DNA from: Lytechinus pictus
Lineage: Eukaryota
NCBI RefSeq assembly: GCF_037042905.1
Contig: NC_087250.1
Span: forward strand, 14,386,001 to 14,450,000
Direction: 5' to 3'
DNA length: 64,000 nt
Shown: one piece after another, positions 48,265 to 60,838 of the stretch
Numbering within the stretch: position 1 is the stretch's first letter
How the letters are laid out: every line of letters starts with the position of its first letter
Translations under genes and position numbers: made by a program
The notes under the pieces: generated by a model
Database searches by the model: none
Seen by the model: the letters and a program-made list of their open reading frames with translations, nothing else
What the model was told of the DNA's origin: nothing

Positions 48265-51197
48265 TTACAACCACACAGCAGTGTCTATTTCTGCATAGGC
48301 TTTATCACGTGTATGGGTTTTTTGGTGACATCTAAAAGCATTTCTTTCTCTATATGCTTTACCACACAGATCACACACGTAGGGCTTCTCACCTGTATGG
48401 ACTCGTTTATGTGCCGTGAAATTAGATAATTGTCGATACGCCTTACCACATAGATCACATACATAGGGCTTTTCACCTGTATGGATTCGCTTATGTGCCG
48501 TGAGAGTAGATTTACAACGAAACGCTACACCACATTGGTCACATACATGGGGCTTCTCACCCGTATGGATTCGTTTATGTGCGGCAAGTGGAGATGAAGT
48601 ACGAAAAGCCATACCACAGATATCACACACATAAGGCCTTTCATCTGTATGAGTTCGTTTATGAGATATGAGATAATGTTCACGTTTAAATGCTTTACCA
48701 CATAGGTCACACACATAAGGTTTTTCACCTGTATGCGTTTGTTTATGAGACACCAGATACAGTTCAAGTCTAAATGCTTTACCACATTGGTCACAAACAA
48801 AGGGCTTTAAACCTGTATGGATCGTTTGGTGTCTCCTAAAAGAAGTTTTATTTCCGAATTCCATACCACAATCATCGCACACATAGGGCTTTTCACCTCG
48901 ATGAAGTCGCTTATGTTCTATTAGACTCTGTTCAGTTCCGAATGCTCGACAGCACTGATCGCATTTAAAGGGCCTTTCCGCATTCTGCATCTGTTTGTGT
49001 CTTTTATAGGCAGTCCCATCATTGAATGACTTACCACACTGATCACATACGAAGGGCTTCTCACCTGTATGGGTTCGTTTATGGACTGTAAGATATTGTT
49101 CTTGAGTATACACTTTATCGCACTGATCACAAGCATAGGGCTTCTCACCTGTATGGGTGAGTTGGTGCCTGGTCAGTGCAGTTCTACTACTTAATCCCTT
49201 ACCACACTGATCACACACATAGGGATTTTCACCCGTATGGATTCGTGTGTGGTTTTTGAGATTACAACTCTGGTTAAATGCCTTACCACACTGATCACAT
49301 ACGTATGGTTTCTCTCCTGTGTGGATTCTTTTATGCACTGTGAGATCGTGTTCATAAATGCATGCCTTCCCACATACGTCACACACATAGGGCTTCTCAC
49401 CCGTATGGATTCGTTTATGGATTTTGAGAACGTGTTTGTAACGAAATGCCTTGCCACACTGCTCACATAAAAAGGACTTCTCACCAGTATGGACTCGTTT
49501 TTTTCTCCTAAAATTGGTTCCATCCCTGCATGCCTTGCTACCCTCATCACTCACAAAGGGCTTCTCACCTGCATGGGTATGTTTAAGCATTGTGAGATCA
49601 CTTTCACCATTGAATGCCTTGCCACACTTATCAATCACAAAGGGCTCCTCGACTCCTTTATCTTTTTTCAGATCACTTCCATCATTAAATACTTTAACCC
49701 TCTCATCACTCATTAAGGGCTTCTCACCTGCATGGAATTGTTCATGCGATGTGAGATCACTTCTGTCATTAATTGCCTTAACCCTCTCCTCACTCATGAA
49801 GGGCTTCTCACCTGTATTGATTTGTTTATGTGATGTGGAATCACTTCCATCATTAATTGCCTTATCACCGTCACCTGACACAGGAGGCTTTTTACCTGAA
49901 TGGACTCGTTTATGTTTCCTAAGATCACATCTATCGTTAAATGTCTTACCACACTCGACACACATAAAGGGCCTCTCACCTGTATGGATGTATTTGTGTC
50001 TTCTAAGAGCTGTTGCATCTATAAATGCATTATCACATTGATCACACGCATAGGGCTTTTCACCTGTATGGATTCGTGTGTGTGTTACGAGATTACAACG
50101 CTGATTGAATGCTTTACCACATTGATCACATACATAGGGCTTCACACCTGTATGGATCCGTTTGTGTCTCCTGCAATCACTCCTATCACTGAATGCTTTG
50201 CCACACACATCACATACAAAGGGCTTCTCACCTGCAAGGATTTGTTTATCTTTTTTTAGATCAGTTTCATCATTAAGTGCCTTACCACACTCGTCAGTCA
50301 CAAAGGGCTTTTCACCTGTATTTATTTGTTTATCTTTTTTTAGATCACTTTCATTATTAAATGCCTTATCACGCTCATCACTCACAAAAGGCTTTTCACC
50401 TGTCTGGATTTCTTTATGCGTTGTGAGATCATTATCTTCATTAAATACCTTACCACATTCATCACTCACAGACGGCTTTTCACCCTCATGGACTCGTTTA
50501 TGTTTTCTCAGATCACATCGATCATTAAATGCCTTACCACACTCAACACAGATAAAGGGCCTCTCACCTGTATGGATATACTTGTGTCTTCTAAGAGCTG
50601 TTGCATCTATAAATGCCTTCCCACATAGATCACAGACATAGGGCTTTTCACCTGTATGGATCCGTGTATGTGTTACGAGATTACAACGCTGACTAAATGC
50701 TTTGCCACATTGGTCACATACATGGGGCTTCACACCTGTATGTATGCGTTTATGTTTTGTGAGTTGAGACTTTTGATTAAATGCCTTACCACATTGATCA
50801 CACGCATAGGGCCTCTCACCTGTATGGATTCGTTTATGTGATGTGAGATTAGATTTCTTATTAAATTCCTTACCACATTGATCACATACAAAGTGTTTCT
50901 CGGCTTCCTGGATTACTTTATGCAATGTTCCAGAAGATGAATCTTTACATGATTTGCTTTCGAGCATATTTTCCTTATTTCCTATTTTAGAAATGAATTT
51001 TTCTCCCAGTGCAAAGTCATCCGTGTTGTACATGCGTTTTTGTATTTCTCCTTCGACAACGTGTAGAAAGTCTTCCTGTGCTGCATACGATGGAAAGACG
51101 ACATCGTCGACGCCATGTTTGTACTTGAGATGCCTTGCAAAGATGAGAGGAACGGCATAGTGTGACCCACAGAACTCACATCTGTAGATTCTTGAAT
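48265..51197 (-). CDS. Terminal exon: one isolated C2H2 finger, spacer, then 31 tandem 28-aa units (22 intact C2H2, 9 degenerate)
   Basis: YRCEFCGSHYAVPLIFARHLKYKH, then CxxC..HxxxH units with TGEKPY linkers; acceptor tttttttcttcaatag at 51198. Confidence 0.95.
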
Positions 51198-54100
51198 CTA
51201 TTGAAGAAAAAAAAAAACATACATGTACGTACCATGAAAAAATTATTGTTATACTTTCAGGGCTACTTTTCACAACTTACTGCCTACATCTGCAACATTG
51301 GATAAGCTTTAATTTGCGATTAAAGGGAATTTAGAACAAAATGTATGATTTCATGAATAAAATTAGCATCATTGATTCACATAAAATAAAATGAATGAAT
51401 TTAGTTAAATTTATCCATGCAATCTCATATAATTACAGCATTCTCTGCTGTCGTGCAAATTTTCATCATGATCATGCATTCTGCCGCCCAGAACAAGGGG
51501 GAGCCTCAAGTGGAGGTGCCGTGGCCAAGTGGTGTAAGGCACCTGGCTATACATGAAAAGTCCCGCATTCAATCCCTGCCGCAGCACTAATGCCCATGAG
51601 CAAGGCATTCAATCGACAATGCTCATTTATCCTGCAATCAATTAAATGGAAATGCTATTCTTGGTAACTACGTGTACACTTTAAAAAAAAAAATTAATGG
51701 CCCTCACCACCCAGGCCTGACAAGAATCAAATATCCAAGGACTATTTGGGTTAATCATGGTTCCCCCAAGCTAACACCTATTTTGGTGAGGGAGAGAAAA
51801 ATCTCTCTACCAGGAATAGCAACTGGGACAACAGAGACTGGTTAGTATCTTAGGCAAGCCTGATCCAACTGACAGAGAGATAAAAAGGGCCCCATCTTAC
51901 AAAGAATTGCGATAGGTCCGAACAATAGCAACTATGGTAAGCCAGGAATATGAACATGTGAAATACAGGTTTGTTCAAAATATTTCCTAGAAATAATGTA
52001 TATTCATACATTCATTGTTTTTTTTTTCTGGACAACGCAGTATGCATCTCTTTGTTTTCAAAGGACATTGGGCAAATTTCCTGTAGAAATAACTATGACA
52101 TTGATGGATTTCCATAGAATTACGATTGATTGATCAATCGTAACTCTTTGTAAGACGGGGCCCAGATATCCAACCCCACAGTCACCAATTATTTCCTCTG
52201 TTGGGTGTTGACGAATTTTAAACAAATGGCAGGCCGCTATGCTCAGCTGGATCAAAATGTACTAAAGCATTGTGCTCTAGTCAAATAACATACTTAAATA
52301 TAAAGTGCTGCCAAAGCTCTTGTACATGTGATTTCTAAAGGCCACCGCACACCTTACGACCCGACTGGTCTGCGACTGACTTGCGACTGAGTGAGGGGAG
52401 ATGAATCGCAGGGTGGTCATAAGCCTCGACACCGCACACCTTGCGATCCGACTACCACGCTGTCTGCGACTCACGCAGGTGCTTTGGCTTTTTGCCATAA
52501 CAACTGAGAAAATGCGCTTACTACTGCGTATGCGCGTTGTTTATCATATACGCGTCATGCAACTCTGCTGTCTGATTGGCTGGAAGATGGATTGAGCATG
52601 CGATCCAGTCATAAGGATTTGACATGTCAAATCCTTATGATTTTCCTTGCGACTTGTCTCTAACCGGTCTGCGACTCTCAAGCTGACAAGAGCTGCGACG
52701 TCACATCTCCCCTCACTCGGTCGCAAGCCAGTTGCAGACCAGTCGGGTCGTAAGGTGTACGGTGGCCTTAGCACTTACATTTTTCAAACCCCTATTCCAT
52801 GTTGCATACCAGTACCCAAGAGCCAAAATTGGAGACGAACTAATGTCCCTTCAGGGCCGCCCCAAAACAGACAGGTTAGTGGTTAATCACTTATTTGAAA
52901 GAACAATTTTGATCGGTTCCTAGTCTGTCTACTGAGCAAGACGCGCATGCAACGATGGTCTTGATAGGCTATTTCACTTTGCTAGACTTTGTGTTACAGG
53001 GCCAAGGGAACAGTTTCAAATTTTGGGGCCAATCATCACTTACCCTCTTCAAATGCAGATTGTGTGCATTGTGTTGGGGACCAGCTGCCTCCTGAAGTTA
53101 CTTCTGCCTTCTGATCACATGACTGAGTAATGAGATCACCTGACCTTTGATCACCTGATGTTGGATTTGTTTGTATCTGGGAACATGTAGCTTTATCATC
53201 GCTCTTCCGTCCCGGCTCACTGATCTTTCCATCTGCATTGTGATCAGCATCACCTACTTCTGCCTTCCGATCACATGACTCAGTGATGAGATCACCTGAC
53301 CTTTGGTCACCTGATGATGTTGGATTGGTTTGTAACTTGGTAGCCTCACTGATTACCAAGTCTGCATTGTCATTAGCATCAGCTTGCAGGTTGCCATCAT
53401 CACCATCCGTTTTTGAATCTATATTGGACTATATGAGAAAAAAAAATTACTGAAACATTTCAAATTTAAGTCCACACATTTTGGCATGTCAGACAATGCA
53501 ACAAAAACATTCACCAATTCTCACTGTGCCAGGGTCACCAAACAAACGTCAGATTGTCTACAGAATTTGAAGTAAAAACAAGAATTACCGTGCAAGATGT
53601 TTTTCCTATCAGATTTCAGATGAGTCATCCAACTACAATTCCAATTGAGAAAAATAATAATGTAGGGTATTTATATGGTACAAATATCCATCATGTTTAA
53701 GATGCTCCTATATTAAAGCTAGTCTACCGATTCCGGTGCTCACAGCTTTTCGATGAATTACTTCCCGCCAGTACCCATTTACGTCACCTGGATTGAGTGC
53801 AACACACAGTGGATCAATATCTTGCAGAAGGAAATTACGCCGTGGTTAAGATTAAAATCCTGGGGTGTTTCACAAAGATTTAAGTATGACTTAGAGTCGC
53901 ATGTAAATGCTGACGTGTACACGATATGAAACACGCAATCTTATTGATCAATACGCAGCGGTGCGCGTCCTCTTCACACTATCTGACCAATGCGGCCATC
54001 CCTTTTATACCACATGCAACTAGACATTTAAGTGTGACTATAATTCATACTTAAATCTTTGTGAAACATCCCCCAGGATTGAGTGCAAGACATAGTTGGT

Positions 54101-57100
54101 CAATATCTTGCAAAAGGAAATTACGCCATGTAGTTAAAATTTGAACCCAGGACCCGTAATTTTAATGGAAAGAATGTATGTGCTAAATTTTGGCACAATT
54201 GCATAAATGGTGGCCAAGATCAGGAGGGGGCCATCATGAGGTTCCATGACATTTGCTCCGGCGACTATTGCTCCGCTGTAAATTTCACACAATGATGTGA
54301 AATGACCAACTTCAACCCTGGATTTAACACTATACCCTATCCTAAACCTATGATAAGACCATATTGCGACCCTAACCCTCATCCCGATATCTTAGACGAA
54401 ATTAAGCCTGAAGCAATTGTCGCCAGAGCAAATGTTGTGTCACCCATCATACCCCCACCAAAAGTCCTCAATACTAGCCCAGTCCATTTACAATTTACCC
54501 AACAAAGATTTGTACATCTCACATTCTAGTACTTACTGTCTTTAAATTCTCTTCATGTAAGTTATTCTTCTCTGTAGCACCCGATTGAAGGATCCCTTGA
54601 TGATTCTGAGCATCGGAAGATCCTAAAGAATAAAAACATTTGAAAATTTAAAAAAGATTATAAAAATAAAAAATGGAGTATTGACTGGGCTGACTAGCAG
54701 CTGATCTGGGCCCTGTTGCATAAAAAAAATTTATGGAAACTTTGCCTTCCGATAGTAACTGCCATGGTTACATGACCCAACAGCCAATCAGAATCAAGGA
54801 TTTAATGAAAGTTACCATTGGATGGCAAAAATACTGTAATAGTAACTTTGTGTAATGGGGCCCTAAACTTCATCATTTTTTAAACAACTTTTGTAATCTT
54901 ATCAGATCATCAGTCTTAACCCTATTACCAGACTGGGATATTTTGAAGGCTTAAAAGCTAAGATTGAGAGAGAGGCCTAAACGCCCCTCCCCCATATCTT
55001 AGTGCTTGATTACGCAACCATAGAGTAAAATCAACATTCCTGTAACCAATAACGAAATCTACATTCAGTTCTTTCAAAATTATTCATAGTGAGTATTTAT
55101 TATAATTTAATAATAATACACAACATTTATATAGCGCTTAATACAAATGTTTCTCTAAGCACTGCATACTATTACCCCAGCATTAATCCAATGCTCGAGC
55201 ATTCAAGGAATTCCTTCCTACCAGTACCCATTAACTACACCTGGGTGGAGAGTGGCAAATGTACCGTAAACGACTTGTCAAAGGATGCAAGAGCTGCGGT
55301 GGGATTTGAACCCTGGACCTTGTGGTTCCAAGTCTGGAGACTTATCCACTTAGCCACAACACCTCTACTAATTTATGCATTAACCTAGAACTTGGCTGTA
55401 AATATATCAAGCACCTGAACTGATGGGTTTTTTTAGAAACCCTTTTTGGGGATGCTGATCAAATGCACATAAAGGAATAATCTGTTATTAACACACTCCC
55501 ATATTCTTTATTCATTTTGGAAAAATAAAGTTCTTTTATTTTTCCTACCATTTGTTCAAAAATTGTTTTTGTAATGCTTTTAATGCATGTATTTCACATT
55601 TGGATTTTTATACCAATATTTCACTCATTTTTATCAAAATTTCTGTATGTGGTGGAAGACCATTATATCATTTTATATCATTTTACAAAACTACGTCATC
55701 TTTTATATTTTAAGTAAATGTTTTCAGGTTTGAGCAGGACGGATTCTTGGGACGAGCGATCACTCACCCCCTCCGCATATTTTTTTTTTTTTATCCGTAT
55801 GTTTAATGAGTACAAGGTGCCAGGGGTGACTGCTGGGTGGGTGAGTTCAGTTGTTTGACTTTGTGTCTTTATGGTCGTTGGATGAATGAGGAGCGTGGTA
55901 TGAATGTGAGTGTGTTTTGTTTTGAAAGTGATTGTTTGTCGGCCCTATTAATGCATAGCTCCGGTGAAGTTAGCTGACCCTACAAAGTTCCACCTGAGCG
56001 ATGGATTTGAATAACCAATTCCATTGCTCAGGTTGAATGGTGTTGTGGGATTAGCAATCCTTGGCTGGAGCTGTGCATTGGACTTGACTGCTCGCTCGTC
56101 CCCAGACACCCTCCTGTCTTTCGTTTTTGTTCCTGCTTAAAACTAAGTTTTTTATTGTTTGAATTAAGACGTTTATCAATAGCATCCTTCCACCACCACA
56201 TGTGTTTGTATTTTTTTATTACTTCATCTTTTCCTTTTAGTATACATAATATATTAAGTTGCATTATATTTTCGTCATCATTTCAAGTTTGATGTTTTTA
56301 AATCTGTACACTCTATGTATATATGCCTGTAAATTGTACGCAATTCAGCCTTTTGGCTGCAAAGTGCAATAATTTCAATAAAACCTTTTCAATTTCAATT
56401 AAATTGTTTAAAATGAAAATTGCCAGTGACACTTTTCTGATCATAAACAACTTAAATTGATTCATTTCAATCCGGAAAAGTAAAAATAATGAAATACTTT
56501 TCATAAAGTGTCTAAAACCAAAATTTATCTCTACTGAACACCATACTTTCAAAGACAAGCTTTTGCTTGTCTTTGTATGTTACTATTAACTCATTGGCTA
56601 CAGGAACCAGGTGATCTCTGTACAAAGTCTATGTGAATCCCAGAACTCAGTAGTCAACAGATTAACATATTGCCTACTGAAACCGGGTGATCCCTGTACA
56701 AAACCTATGGGAATCACAGAATTCAGTTATCAATAGATTAACCAGTTGCCTACTGAAACCGGGTGATCCCTGTACAAAACCTATGTGAATCAAAGAATTC
56801 AGTAGTCAATAAGTACAATCTCTGTACAAAGCCTATACAAATCACAGAACTTGCCACTCGGTAGTGAACAAGTTAACCCATTGCTTACTGGAACCAGGTG
56901 ATCCCTGTACACGGCCAATGGGAATCACAGAACTTAGAAGTCAACAGGTTAACCTATTGCCTACTGGAACCAGGTGATCCCTGTACAAAGCCTATGGGAA
57001 TCACAGAACTCGGTAGTCAACAGGTTAACCCATTGCCTACTAGAACCGGGGGATCTCTGTACAAAGCCTATGTGAATCACAGAATTCAGTAGTCAATATG

Positions 57101-60100
57101 TTAACCCATTGCCTACTGGAACCAGGTGATCCCTGTACAAAGCCTATGGGAATCACAGAACTTGGTAGTCAACAGGTTAACCCATTGCCTACTAGAACCG
57201 GGGGATCTCTGTACAAAGCCTATGTGAATCACAGAATTCAGTAGTCAATATGTTAACCCATTGCCTACTGGAACCAGGGGATCTCTGTACAAAGTCTATG
57301 TGAATCAAATAATTCAGTAGTTAATAGGTTAACCCATTGCCTACTTGAACCAGGTGATCTCCGTACAAAGTCTATGTGAATCACAGAATTCATTAACAAG
57401 GTGAATCCACAAACCTCTTGACTTGTCCTCATCTTCTTCATCACCTTCCTCTATAATCGCTTCCTTCACTGGTTGACGTTGCATAAACATTGGTGGACTG
57501 ACCTCTACTCCTGTGTGTATATAAAAAAGAAATGTTTGTCCACCATTGACACAAAACAACATTGTCACAAAACAAATTGAGTATCAAAATACTCAAGCGA
57601 ATTTCCAATAAAATTGCTGGGAAGTCTATATATATGTAATCTGTACTGACCTTGCCAATCTCATTTCCAAAATAGGTGTACAGATTAATAACCATCCCCC
57701 ATTCTTCTGTGTCAAAATATCAAAGTCTTTTACTAATTTTAGGGCTATCTACCAGGACCAGTATTCATTTTGATAATATTTTACTCAGTATTTTGCCAAA
57801 GTAAAATACTTTTGGTAAATGAGATTTTTCGGCAAAGTACTTTCCTTAAATCTAAAGTCAGTCGCCTACCTGGCTTAAGCCTGACTTGCATGCAGTTTAC
57901 AAACGCCGTGAAATATGCAGTCATATATTCTGTGCACACATGGATACATACATTGCACATTATTTGGCTCAAACTTTTATGATGTCACAATGGTTATTTA
58001 TTAGTAAGTATTTTGCTTGAATTTGGCTTGATATACAGTGCATATCAAAAAAAAGTTTACACTTAAAAAAATCCTGTAAAATTATACATTTGTAATATCC
58101 TGAGGAATTTTTCACATTTTAACATTGGTACAGATCCATTTAAGCAAATGACGATATATCTGTCAAGAAATATTTCCGCTTGAGTGAGCACCACTTACTT
58201 TTGAAAAGTTAGTGAAAAATGATTTGCGCAGAACTTTGAAATAGTTGTGGAAATAAAAGTAGACCTTAATCATGAAGAACACATGAAATTTAGCTAGTAA
58301 ATTGATTTGAAGATTTCTTTACCTTTTTTAACTTGTTTCCTTGCCCAAAACACTTCGAAGAGTGCATTGCGCCCCACCCCACTCCCCCACACACCGAGGC
58401 CATCGTGACGATATTTGCTTTACACTGAGCTGTGATTTACATGAAATGGCTTAGGCATGATTTTCATTTTGTTAATCATTGTCAAGAGTGGAAAAAGTGT
58501 GGAGAAACAAGTATTAAATAAAAAATGAAATGTAAACCCACTTTGAATAATAGAAACTTAGTGAAAATGCTGGAGATGTCTAATATAAACTTTTGTTCAG
58601 ATCCAGTTATGTCCTCAGATCCAGCTGGCACATAAAGTGTAAAGGTTGTGCTTAAAATTTCAATTTGGGTGGCAAAACTGTTACAAAATGCTTGAATGTA
58701 TCCATTTTATTTCAATTGACTAAAAGTGCAAGGGAAATGTATGAGAAATGTTTCGCAGGGTAAGTTTGATTTGCCCTTTCCCCTTGACACAGCGTGAAAA
58801 CAAGCATTTCTGCGCAAACAGATTTCTGCGAGCTTTACAAAAATGGACAGTGCTCACTCCAGTATAACATTCTGTACAAACTTTCACTTTCGTTGGATAG
58901 ATGAGACCCAAACCCAATATTATACGTGAAAAAATTACCCACATGTTGTATACTTTTAAATTCCCAGGGCTTTTTCAAAGTGTAAACTTTTTTTTGATAC
59001 GCACTGTAGTATAATAGTTGGCTGTTATCTGAATACAAGTTTACACATTTTGTTCAGTCAAATAAAATACATACAAAATTGACAAAAATTTACAATTGAA
59101 AACCAGCTCAGGCCTTAAATTATTAATAAAAGACCAATGTCTTGATGTCACTCTCATGGGCCTTTAAATAGTTATTTGTTGTGCCCTTTTTATTTTACCG
59201 ATTCTTGGTGTAATATTGAAATACGCCCTGAAAAAGTGGCCTGAAGAAAATTTTAAGGCCTGGTGTAAAAAGGCTGCATAAAGGATTCATTTCAATTGAA
59301 TTTTATATTCCATAGAAACCAGCATATACATGTATTTTAAATATACATGTAAGATAGTATTGATAATATAATTATTTCAAAAAATGGAGGGATATCTTAT
59401 TGCTTGTACAAAGTAAGCAGGGTTCCAACATGCAATGTGAAATCAACATCTAGACATTAAAAAATGATATACATGTATTAAAAAGACAACCCTGTATAAA
59501 ACACACACACACCCAAATACACACAATATACATGTAGGCAGAGAATACAGAATGGATTGAGATAGTGAATAGTACAAATGAGCTGAGTCCCCTTCACCAT
59601 GATTCAACCCAACACACAACCAAAAGCAGAGAACAGAAGACTTGGTTCAGTAAACCCATTGCGTTCCACCTCTTTGCCTCACAATGGTGATTCAATGAAG
59701 TGTGATTGGTGGTATGTACATGTAGATATATGGAATAGAGTAAAGAGAAGAGGATTAGACTGAAACATTGTCTCTCCCTCTCTCTACATGTAAGTGCTGT
59801 ATATGTCTTACAAAGAGTTGCAATTGATCCAATCAATCGCAACAATGGAAAGCCAGCAAAGTCAACATATGAAATGCCTGTTTGTTCAAAAAAAATTCTA
59901 GAAATGAATGTATATCCATAAAGTCATTGATTTCTTGACAATTTTGAGTGGTCTCATTTTGCAAATCTCCTGTAGAAAAAATGATGACACTGATGGATTT
60001 CCATAGAGTTACAATGATTGGATCGATCGTAACTCTTTGTAAGTCAGGGCCCTGGACGTAGTCGTAGGCGATCATGACATGCCATAAATCTGTTTCTGGT

Positions 60101-60838
60101 CGTTTCATTCAGCCCCACTGCCCACTGACCCACATCCCTCTCTATAATCCATGCATTCGGACTGGGTCCCGTAACACAAAGTTTAGTGATTGATCGTACA
60201 CTTGATTTTTGCGATTGATAGTACATTGTAGTCAAAGGAATCAGTCGTAGAAAAATGTTCTATGATCATTGCTAAGCTTTGTGTTATGGGCCCCTGGTCG
60301 TCCAATTCATCTGTTTCCTCTTTCCCTCTATCTTCCCCGTCAACTCTGAATATTCAAGACCATCCTTTCTAATTATATTAGATTATAAATCATTATGTGA
60401 ATAGAAAATCTACTCAGCATGCATTCATTTTACATAACACAAATCTTCTTAAAGAGAGTTTGGCTTTGTTGAGAGCTTTGGTCAAGGCTGTTTCACAACC
60501 CCTCCAGGTTCTTAGAAACAAAAATCAAACCGGCATACAGTCTACATGGACTTTGCTTACTTTGCTATGTGAAATATGAGCATGGAGCAAGTTACCAAAA
60601 ACGTGATAAATTCTTGAAACACATTGTACCTAATTTCTCCCAAGACCCCATGCAGTAGTTTTTCTTGACATTATTTTGATGTAATGAACGGACAAAACCT
60701 ACCAACTTCCATCATCATCTCGTAGTTTTCCTTGATGTTCTTGATACAAAGTCTCTCATAACTGCTGATCTCTGCCCATTCATCGGCTGTGAAGTAAACC
60801 TGGACATCTGAATATTCATCTGTCATTGGCAGAGGCAT
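48265..60838 (-). CDS. KRAB-like (ancestral, PRDM9/SSX-type) C2H2 zinc-finger protein lacking PR/SET, ~1211 aa
   Basis: Coding exons (minus) 60838-60703, 57510-57415, 54622-54537, 53428-53044, 51197-48265; all GT-AG, phases 1,1,0,1 compatible, total 3636 nt; ATG in ccaccATG context. Confidence 0.8.
51510..51690 (+). mobile_element. tRNA-derived SINE
   Basis: gtggccaagtggt A box, ttcaatccc B box, gcccatgagcaaggcatt core, A-rich tail. Confidence 0.7.
52339..52768. mobile_element. PIF/Harbinger-like MITE
   Basis: taa|aggccaccgcacaccttacgacccgactggtctgc ... gcagaccagtcgggtcgtaaggtgtacggtggcct|ta. Confidence 0.8.
55105..55365 (-). mobile_element. tRNA-derived SINE
   Basis: Minus strand gtggctaagtggataag...gggttcaaatcccaccgcagc...ccacccaggtgt..aatgggtact...agcgctatataaatgttg + (TAT)n. 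Confidence 0.8.
56590..57400. repeat. 76-bp tandem repeat (~10 copies) in zinc-finger gene intron, partial 152-bp higher-order dimer
   Basis: ttgcctactggaaccaggtgatccctgtacaaagcctatgggaatcacagaactcggtagtcaacaggttaaccca at 56957, 57033, 57109, 57185. Confidence 0.95.
58036..59006. mobile_element. Tc1/mariner-type non-autonomous element
   Basis: ta|cagtgcatatcaaaaaaaagtttacactt ... aagtgtaaactttttttgatacgcactg|ta. Confidence 0.85.
60703..60838 (-). CDS. KRAB-A-like box exon
   Basis: MPLPMTDEYSDVQVYFTADEWAEISSYERLCIKNIKENYEMMMEV|G, with a phase-1 intron after the terminal G as in KRAB-A exons; too short for the supplied ORF track. Confidence 0.85.

Noticed and set aside
48285..50841. Many alternative-frame and antisense ORFs over the finger array
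   Set aside because: Shadows of the 84-bp periodic zinc-finger coding sequence
51198..51273. N-terminus MKSSPESITIIFSWYVHVCFFFSS of the 1002-aa ORF
   Set aside because: Intron sequence (polypyrimidine tract and AG acceptor at 51198); the real N-terminus comes from upstream exons
56590..57400. 76-bp repeats as a CRISPR or tRNA array
   Set aside because: No unique spacers and no A/B boxes or cloverleaf; simple satellite
60050..60345. Possible extra acidic exon (VDGEDRGKEETDELDDQ...) in the zinc-finger gene
   Set aside because: Interrupted by a MITE (~60164-60296), phase does not fit the KRAB exon, and it hits a stop
48265..60838. Calling the gene PRDM9
   Set aside because: No PR/SET or SSXRD found and the finger array is heterogeneous rather than minisatellite-like; left unnamed
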